Positions 30,711 to 37,028 of a DNA stretch of 37,028 nucleotides are shown in pieces; position 1 is the first letter of the stretch; every line of letters begins with the position of its first letter. Position numbers and translations under genes: made by a program. Under the pieces are notes generated by a model. It was given only the letters and a program-made list of their open reading frames with translations. It ran no database searches and had not been told where the DNA came from. The stretch spans positions 1 through 37,028 of the forward strand of contig JBAYJP010000007.1 in assembly GCA_041665025.1 (NCBI GenBank). The letters are read 5' to 3'. The DNA is from Candidatus Magasanikiibacteriota bacterium (GTDB lineage Bacteria; Patescibacteriota; Patescibacteriia; Magasanikbacterales; UBA922).

Positions 30711-33164
30711 ATGAAGGTACTTAAATTTGGGGGTTCATCTGTGGCTAACGCAGAAAATATCAAAAAAGTAATTGATATAATTCAGAACTCTATCAAGAAA
30801 GATAAGCAGTCCATTGTCGTCGTGTCTGCTCTTGGTGGTGTAACTGATAACCTCATAAACCTGGCCCATCTTGCATCTAAAGGAGACCGCACGTATAGAA
30901 AGTTAATGAAAGAAATTTTTGAACAGCATGATTTTGTGGTGCGTAAACTTGTCAGCAAAAAAATACAAAGTCTTATTTTAGTAAAAATTAAAGAGAAATA
31001 TGATGAACTTAGTGATGCGTTGAGAGGAATATATCTATTAGGAGAACTGTCTGCTCGATCATTAGACAAAATAATAAGTTATGGGGAACAATTATCCTCG
31101 TACATTATCTGTGAAGCGATAAGAGACAAGGGCATTGATTGTAATTTTGTAGATGCCCGTGAATTAATTAAGACTGATGACAATTTTGGGTCCGCACAAG
31201 TAGATATTGAAAAAACATGCAAGCTCCTCTCAGGCTATTTCAAAAAATATAACGGTCTTTCTATTATGGGTGGTTTTATTTCTTCAAGTACGGATGGAAT
31301 TACCACCACACTTGGACGAGGTGGTTCTGACTATACTGCCTCTTTGGTTGGTGCCGCGCTTGATGCTCATATAATTGAAATATGGACCGATGTTGACGGG
31401 GTACTTACCGCAGACCCTCGAAAAGTACCGCATGCTTTCCTACTCGCACAAATATCTTATGAGGAGGCGGGAGAACTTGCACATTTTGGGGCAAAAGTTA
31501 TACATCCCAAAACTATGAAACCCGCACGGTTTAAAGGTATACCTATTGATATAAAAAATACGTTTAATCCTACAGCTCCAGGCACTAGAATATGCAAAGA
31601 TACCCTAAAACAAAATTTCGCCATACGAGCGATATCCTCACTCAGTAATGTCTCACTGTTGCACATACAATCAAACAATGGTAGGGTCATTGGAGAAATT
31701 GCCGCAAAAATATTTCATTCGTTATCCCGATCTGACGTCGAAATTTTACTCATCACACAAGCATCGCACGAGCAGTCGCTTTCTATTGCAGTTCCAGAAG
31801 ACCAGGTACAACGAGCAAAGGAAGGTATTGAGAGGGAGTTTGAGTTGGAATTACAAGCTAAGTATATATCGCCAATTTCTATTAAAAATAAATTATCTAT
31901 TGTCGCGATTGTTGGGCGACATATGCAGGGCGTACCAGGTATATCAGGGAAACTATTTAGTACCCTTGGGAAGAGTGATATTAATGTTGTTGCTATAGCG
32001 CAAGGGTCGTCTGAGTTAAATATATCTATAGTAATAGATTCACAGGATGAAAAGAAGGCTTTAGGGGAAATTCATAAAGCATTTTTTGAAACGCAAGATA
32101 ATAGCATACATGTATTTCTTGTCGGGACTGGACTTATTGGTTCCACCCTCTTAAGACAAATAAAAGAATCCAAACTTCCTGTAAGGCTATGTGGTATATC
32201 TAATAGTCAGCGTATGATCATAAATGAAAGCGGGATACTGCTGCAAGATTGGGAAACATCACTGGGTGGAGGACAGCAGAATGACTTGTCAGATTTTATT
32301 TCAAACATGATAAACCTTAATCTTCCCCATACCGTCTTTGTAGATTGTACAGCAAGTGAAGATGCCGTTTCTTTTTATGAAAATATTCTTAAGTCTGGTG
32401 TTGCTATTGTCACCCCAAATAAGAAAGCAAATTCTAATTCGCTTTTGAAATACAAAAGGCTTAAGCAATTATCCAAGGAAAGGTATACACCATTTTTCTA
32501 TGAAACCAATGTCGGTGCAGCTCTCCCCATCATACGTACCATACAAGATCTTGTAGCAAGTGGCGACCAGATTATCAAGATAGAAGCCATACTTTCGGGA
32601 ACTCTAAGTTATATATTCAATACATTTTCACGTGCCAATAAAGCATTTAGTAGCATCGTTCGGGAGGCACAGGAAAATGGCTATACTGAACCTGATCCGA
32701 GAGATGATTTAAATGGAAAGGACTTTGCGCGGAAAATGCTTATCTTAGGTCGAGAAATAGGCATGCCCATGGAACTTTCCAACGTACATGTTGAAACATT
32801 GCTATCAGATGAATGTATGCAAGCAGAGTCAATTACAGAGTTTTATAATAAGCTCAAAGAAATGGATTCAATATTTAAAAGACAGAGAGATAAGGTACAA
32901 GCATGTAATAAAGTTTTACGATATATTGGGGTATTGGAAAAAGACAAATCAAAAATAATGCTTAAGGAGGTAGATAGTACAAGTCCATTCTACTCACTTG
33001 AAGGTAGTGATAACCTCATTTCTATTACCACAAAACGGTACTGCACTACGCCGTTGGTAATCCGAGGTCCTGGTGCCGGGGCTGAAGTTACTGCCGGTGG
33101 GGTACTCGCAGATATTATTCATTGTTTACCTAATCAAAATATATATGAACAAGCTCACAAATAA
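30711..33164 (+). CDS. thrA: Bifunctional aspartokinase / homoserine dehydrogenase
   Basis: The start is taken at the ATG at 30711 (MKVLKFGGSSVANAENI). It has an aspartokinase N-terminus, ACT-like middle regions, a homoserine dehydrogenase Rossmann motif (VFLVGTGLIGSTLL) and a C-terminal RGPGAGAEVTAGGV. Confidence 0.9.
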   Translation: MKVLKFGGSSVANAENIKKVIDIIQNSIKKDKQSIVVVSALGGVTDNLINLAHLASKGDRTYRKLMKEIFEQHDFVVRKLVSKKIQSLILVKIKEKYDELSDALRGIYLLGELSARSLDKIISYGEQLSSYIICEAIRDKGIDCNFVDARELIKTDDNFGSAQVDIEKTCKLLSGYFKKYNGLSIMGGFISSSTDGITTTLGRGGSDYTASLVGAALDAHIIEIWTDVDGVLTADPRKVPHAFLLAQISYEEAGELAHFGAKVIHPKTMKPARFKGIPIDIKNTFNPTAPGTRICKDTLKQNFAIRAISSLSNVSLLHIQSNNGRVIGEIAAKIFHSLSRSDVEILLITQASHEQSLSIAVPEDQVQRAKEGIEREFELELQAKYISPISIKNKLSIVAIVGRHMQGVPGISGKLFSTLGKSDINVVAIAQGSSELNISIVIDSQDEKKALGEIHKAFFETQDNSIHVFLVGTGLIGSTLLRQIKESKLPVRLCGISNSQRMIINESGILLQDWETSLGGGQQNDLSDFISNMINLNLPHTVFVDCTASEDAVSFYENILKSGVAIVTPNKKANSNSLLKYKRLKQLSKERYTPFFYETNVGAALPIIRTIQDLVASGDQIIKIEAILSGTLSYIFNTFSRANKAFSSIVREAQENGYTEPDPRDDLNGKDFARKMLILGREIGMPMELSNVHVETLLSDECMQAESITEFYNKLKEMDSIFKRQRDKVQACNKVLRYIGVLEKDKSKIMLKEVDSTSPFYSLEGSDNLISITTKRYCTTPLVIRGPGAGAEVTAGGVLADIIHCLPNQNIYEQAHK

Positions 33165-34236
33165 AATTCCGGTAGGGGTTTTGGGTGCAACAGGTATGGT
33201 TGGACAACGTTTTATTTCTTTACTTGAGGACCATCCTTGGTTTGAGATAGTCTGTGTTGCTGCTTCGCAACATTCGTCTGGTAAATCGTACCACGATGCA
33301 GTTAGCAATCGGTGGGTACAAAAAACTCCCATACCACCACGCATAGCTGAGTTAAACGTATATTCAGTTGAACATGATATAGAGACTATTTCGAAAAAAG
33401 TTCATTTTGTATTTTCAGCGATTGACGCAGAAAAAGAATTCATCCAAAGAATAGAAGAAACTTATGCCTTGGCTGGAATCCCCGTTGTCTCAAATAATTC
33501 TGCGCATAGGTGGACAGAGGATATTCCTATGATCATGCCGGAAATCAACCCACATCATCTAGATATGATAGACATACAGCGCAAGAAACGTGGCTGGAAA
33601 AATGGTTTCATTGTCACTAAACCGAATTGTTCTATCCAATGCTATGTTCCACTTGTACACGCGTGGAAACAGTTTGAACCAACATCTATTGTGGTCTCAA
33701 CATATCAGGCCATCTCTGGCGCTGGAAAGACGTTTGAAACGTGGCCGGAGATGGTTGACAATGTTATCCCTTTGATTGGTGGCGAAGAAGAAAAATCCGA
33801 GCAAGAGCCATCTAAAATTTGGGCTGAAATCAGAGATAATTCATTTGCGCTATCCTTGACACCAATCATATCAGCAAATTGTATACGCGTTCCTGTTTCC
33901 GATGGACATATGGCTGCTATTAATATTCAATTTGAAAAAGATGTAGAAAAACAAGAATTAATTAATGCCATACATAACTTTCAAAATCCTTTAGATGAGC
34001 TAGACTTACCTTCAGCACCCAGACCATTCCTAACATATTTCGAGGAAGAGAACCGACCACAAACTAGATTGGATCGTAATTTACATAATGGAATGGGCAT
34101 AAGTATTGGGCGCATTCGCAAAGACTCAGTTTTGAGTTGGAAGTGTGTATCTCTATCACATAATACTATCCGTGGTGCTGCAGGCGGGAGTATTTTGAAT
34201 GCGGAGCTACTGTACAAAATGGGGTATATAAATTAG
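33145..34236 (+). CDS. asd: Aspartate-semialdehyde dehydrogenase (archaeal/fungal-type branch)
   Basis: The start is taken at the ATG at 33145 (MNKLTNKIPVGVLGATGMVGQRF). The active-site region is VTKPNCSIQC, and the C-terminus carries SLSHNTIRGAAGG. It overlaps the thrA 3' end by 20 nt. Confidence 0.85.
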   Translation: MNKLTNKIPVGVLGATGMVGQRFISLLEDHPWFEIVCVAASQHSSGKSYHDAVSNRWVQKTPIPPRIAELNVYSVEHDIETISKKVHFVFSAIDAEKEFIQRIEETYALAGIPVVSNNSAHRWTEDIPMIMPEINPHHLDMIDIQRKKRGWKNGFIVTKPNCSIQCYVPLVHAWKQFEPTSIVVSTYQAISGAGKTFETWPEMVDNVIPLIGGEEEKSEQEPSKIWAEIRDNSFALSLTPIISANCIRVPVSDGHMAAINIQFEKDVEKQELINAIHNFQNPLDELDLPSAPRPFLTYFEEENRPQTRLDRNLHNGMGISIGRIRKDSVLSWKCVSLSHNTIRGAAGGSILNAELLYKMGYIN

Positions 34237-34241
34237 ATAAT

Positions 34242-34913
34242 ATGAAATTATCACGATTACAGTTTCAGGAATTATTTGATGAGAATAAACTTTTACTCAG
34301 TTTCATAGGCATGTCCAATATCGGGAAAACATATTGGTCAAAGAAATTGCATGAAATAGGATTCAATCATATTAATTGCGATGATTTAATCGAAAAAAAA
34401 CTCGAGCCAGCCCTCAAAGGACTGGGGCATTCGGGAATTGCAGATGTTTCCCGTTGGATGGGGCAACCATACGATGAAAGATTTTCTCTTAACCAGGCAC
34501 AATATCTTTTGTGCGAAGAAATTGTTATGAAAAATATCTTGCAGGAGATGAGTAATGGAGTCTCACAAAATACAGTAATAGATACCACCGGAAGCATGGT
34601 CCATACTGACAGGGGAATATGTCGACAACTTAGAGAGTATACAATGGTTATATACATTGAAGAATCAGAACACGCAAAAGAAAAAATGTTTAGGCAATAT
34701 CTTGAGGAACCAAAGCCAGTAGTGTTTGGAAATGTTTATAAACCTCATAGTAATGAAACTTCCACTCAGACCCTACAACGATGCTATCCAGAATTATTGA
34801 ATCTACGTCATGCATTATATATATCTTGCGCTGATATAATAATTCCACGCGATGCCATAGACATGAATATGACTGCACATCAATTCATCTCACTTATACA
34901 ACAATCATTATGA
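34242..34913 (+). CDS. P-loop kinase, shikimate-kinase-like fold, unknown substrate
   Basis: 223 aa with Walker A (FIGMSNIGKTYWSKKL), a downstream Asp-containing CDDLIEK and VIDTTGSMV, reminiscent of the shikimate-kinase GGG region. It has an ATGA overlap with thrC. Confidence 0.5.
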   Translation: MKLSRLQFQELFDENKLLLSFIGMSNIGKTYWSKKLHEIGFNHINCDDLIEKKLEPALKGLGHSGIADVSRWMGQPYDERFSLNQAQYLLCEEIVMKNILQEMSNGVSQNTVIDTTGSMVHTDRGICRQLREYTMVIYIEESEHAKEKMFRQYLEEPKPVVFGNVYKPHSNETSTQTLQRCYPELLNLRHALYISCADIIIPRDAIDMNMTAHQFISLIQQSL

Positions 34914-36208
34914 AGTTTTATAGTACACAACAAAACAGTCCAATTGTTGGTTTGCAAGAAGCAGTTATGAACGGGCTTGCTCCAGACGGAGGGCTGTACA
35001 TGCCAATTCACATACCCCAGTTGTCGTCTAATTTTTTTAAAGCAGCACGTACATTATCATTTCAAGATATTGCTTTTGAAGTGGGTAAGCATTTTTTCAT
35101 GCCAGACATTGGAGAGGAGATGTTGCAGTCGATTATTAAAGATGCATATAATTTTGAAATTCCATTAGTTGCGCTTAATGAAAGATTGTACGTAATGGAA
35201 CTATTCCACGGTCCAACAGGTGCTTTTAAAGATTTTGCCGCACGTTTTATGGCGCGTCTGTTTGGTTTTTTTGTAGAGAAATCAGGACGAAAAGTCACTA
35301 TTCTGGTTGCGACATCCGGAGACACTGGTAGCGCCGTTGCACATGGATTTTTAAATATAAACAATATCAATGTAGTCATTTTGTATCCCAGCGGTAAGGT
35401 AAGTCCATTACAAGAAAAACAACTCACCGGAATGGGGGGAAATATAAAAGCATTGGAAGTAAAAGGGACTTTTGATGATTGTCAGAAATTGGTAAAACAG
35501 GCATTTCTTGATATGGAATTGAAAGAGAAAACAACTCTTGCTTCAGCCAACTCTATAAATATCGCACGCCTTTTACCACAGTCATTCTACTACGTATATT
35601 TGTCTATACTTCTTAACACCGGTGGTCGTCCCATTGTTGTTTCAGTACCAAGTGGAAATTTTGGTAATTTGACTGCGGGGATTATAGCTAAGAGAATGGG
35701 CGTGCCCATAGATAAATTTGTGGCTTCCACTAACGTTAATGATGTGATACCATGTTATTTACAGACTGGCAAATTTGAACCAAAGCCCTCTATTGCTACG
35801 ATTTCTAATGCTATGGATGTGGGGAATCCAAGTAATTTCGTACGTATGCTCGAGTTGTATGATCACGATGTCAAGAAAATGAAGAGCGATGTGTTTGGTG
35901 CGAATTTTTCTGATCAAGAGGTTCGAGAGGCAATCTCTAACGTATATGAACAGTTTAGTTATATTATGGATCCACATGGTGCTGTAGCTTATCTGGGACT
36001 AATAAGGTATATGTCAAAAAATCCAGAATGCCAGGGTGTATTTTTAGAAACTGCTCATCCAGCTAAGTTTTTGGATGAAGTAGAAAAATCTATTCATGAG
36101 CCTGTAGCAATTCCAAAACAGCTCAAAAAATATCTAAAGTGCAAAAAAGAAGCAGTGCTTATAGAAAATACATTTGATGATTTAGAAAATGTTCTTTTAA
36201 GCATTTAA
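34910..36208 (+). CDS. thrC: Threonine synthase
   Basis: 432 aa. LFHGPTGAFKDFAARF contains the PLP-lysine motif, and the N-terminal domain resembles long-form ThrC (MKFYSTQ...GLAPDGGLYMP). Confidence 0.9.
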   Translation: MKFYSTQQNSPIVGLQEAVMNGLAPDGGLYMPIHIPQLSSNFFKAARTLSFQDIAFEVGKHFFMPDIGEEMLQSIIKDAYNFEIPLVALNERLYVMELFHGPTGAFKDFAARFMARLFGFFVEKSGRKVTILVATSGDTGSAVAHGFLNINNINVVILYPSGKVSPLQEKQLTGMGGNIKALEVKGTFDDCQKLVKQAFLDMELKEKTTLASANSINIARLLPQSFYYVYLSILLNTGGRPIVVSVPSGNFGNLTAGIIAKRMGVPIDKFVASTNVNDVIPCYLQTGKFEPKPSIATISNAMDVGNPSNFVRMLELYDHDVKKMKSDVFGANFSDQEVREAISNVYEQFSYIMDPHGAVAYLGLIRYMSKNPECQGVFLETAHPAKFLDEVEKSIHEPVAIPKQLKKYLKCKKEAVLIENTFDDLENVLLSI

Positions 36209-36303
36209 TTTTGCTTTAACTCGCATTGATTTATGACACAAAATAACACAGCAGGAAAAAATATGGAAAATGATCCAGAAAAACTCTATTTTTATTGAGG
36301 AGA

Positions 36304-36320
36304 TCACGCGATACGCGTGA
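36304..36320. other. Short GC palindrome downstream of thrC
   Basis: tcacgcg-ata-cgcgtga forms a 7-bp stem. No T-run follows it. Confidence 0.4.
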
Positions 36321-36345
36321 ATGAGTCTAACAAACTGATATACCT

Positions 36346-36582
36346 ATGAGGAACTTCATCATCATGATTGCTCTCGTCTTAGGGGCTGGCCTGTCAGGCT
36401 GCGCCCTATCGCCCGAAAGTGGTTCAGCCGATACTCCCGAAAGCATCGAGAGGTACTGCGCCGCTTTTGGAGAAGTCTGTCCGGGCAATGAGATAGACTG
36501 CGAAATTTGCCCGAAAACCAAGACGTCTAGTTTTGCTAGTTGCCATAGCAGGATCTTCTGCCACAGTACGCCCATTGAGTGA
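36346..36582 (+). CDS. Possible small Cys-rich lipoprotein
   Basis: 78 aa. MRNFIIMIALVLGAGLSGC is a textbook signal peptide with a lipobox, and the mature part has about 6 Cys. It overlaps plausible antisense reading frames, so it is uncertain. Confidence 0.4.
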   Translation: MRNFIIMIALVLGAGLSGCALSPESGSADTPESIERYCAAFGEVCPGNEIDCEICPKTKTSSFASCHSRIFCHSTPIE

Positions 36583-36799
36583 TAGCGTCGCGAAGCCACT
36601 GGCCGCACTCCGCTGCTCCGCGGGATGCGAATTGGCATACCCATTGAGTACTTCCTGAAGATTGGCCAGGATGATGCCTGGCTATCCGATCGACTTCTTG
36701 AAAGGCTCTTTGTTCGCTTTGCAATAATTCTGGTTTAGTTGTTTTTACCAATGCGTGTAATCGTTGCAGTTGTTCTTTTGGGGTAAGTGTTTCAGGCAT
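36536..36799 (-). pseudogene. Possible frameshifted ORF next to the right TIR
   Basis: The N-terminal ~45 aa (MPETLTPKEQLQRLHALVKTTKPELLQSEQRAFQEVDRIARHH) look protein-like, and then the frame degrades. A second minus-strand frame continues with plausible sequence (IILANLQEVLNGYANSHPAEQRSAASGF...) down to about 36423. Confidence 0.25.
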
Positions 36800-36865
36800 A
36801 AAAGTATAAATTGTCTAAATTGGTCTGTACCCTTCAAAGTTAAATTCACAGGTCATCACTCGCCA

Positions 36866-37028
36866 CCCCACCCTCACCCCTCCTCTCACCCAGTCTCCAC
36901 TCTCAAACCAAGAAAATTCAAAAGAAAAAATAAGAAAAAGAAATAAGAAAGATATAGATATAGATAGTAAGAATGAATAAGTAGAATTAGATAATAGTAA
37001 ATAGTTAAAGGTAATAGTATTAATAATA
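36866..37028. repeat. Right terminal inverted repeat (TIR/ITR)
   Basis: Mirror copy of nt 1-163: perfect over 36906-37028 and degenerate over 36866-36905. The arm ends at exactly the last base of the window. Confidence 0.9.

Noticed and set aside
1-37028. Search for CRISPR arrays, tRNA, rRNA, tmRNA, transposase, integrase, and protein-primed polymerase or protelomerase genes.
   Set aside because: I saw no regularly spaced direct repeats, no cloverleaf-compatible segments with T-loop consensus, and no ORF with recombinase or polymerase motifs. The CTATAT reiterations in the TIR are too short and unspaced to be a CRISPR array. The absence is by eye only and should be confirmed with tRNAscan-SE, Infernal and HMM searches.

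Overview
This low-GC 37,028-bp window (spot counts about 33% GC per 60-nt line) is bounded by terminal inverted repeats. nt 1-123 are the exact reverse complement of 36906-37028, and a degenerate match continues to about nt 163. It therefore looks like a complete linear element, yet I can recognise no protein-primed polymerase, terminal protein, protelomerase, transposase or integrase. Layout, left to right: (1) 0.27-10.8 kb holds a Gram-positive/CPR-style type IV secretion/conjugation operon: coupling ATPase, replication-relaxation-like protein, a possible degenerate LigA-like protein, pilin-like protein, VirB6-, VirB3/PrgI- and VirB4-like proteins, and an M23 hydrolase. (2) 10.9-20.5 kb is an accessory, defence-like stretch with a HEPN-like + KAP NTPase + SEC-C gene trio, two GNATs, lipoproteins, a DGR-type reverse-transcriptase remnant beside a 126-nt rod-like hairpin, and an HNH/Shedu-like nuclease. 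(3) 20.5-23.5 kb carries housekeeping-type genes. (4) 23.5-28.45 kb is a ~4.9-kb island of about 60% GC, bracketed by a 9-bp direct repeat. It encodes Cys-rich secreted proteins and uses Shine-Dalgarno sites, which the backbone genes lack. (5) 30.5-36.2 kb is a threonine operon: a Thr-rich leader-peptide attenuator, thrA, asd, a P-loop kinase in the position where thrB is expected, and thrC. I saw no rRNA, tRNA or CRISPR array.
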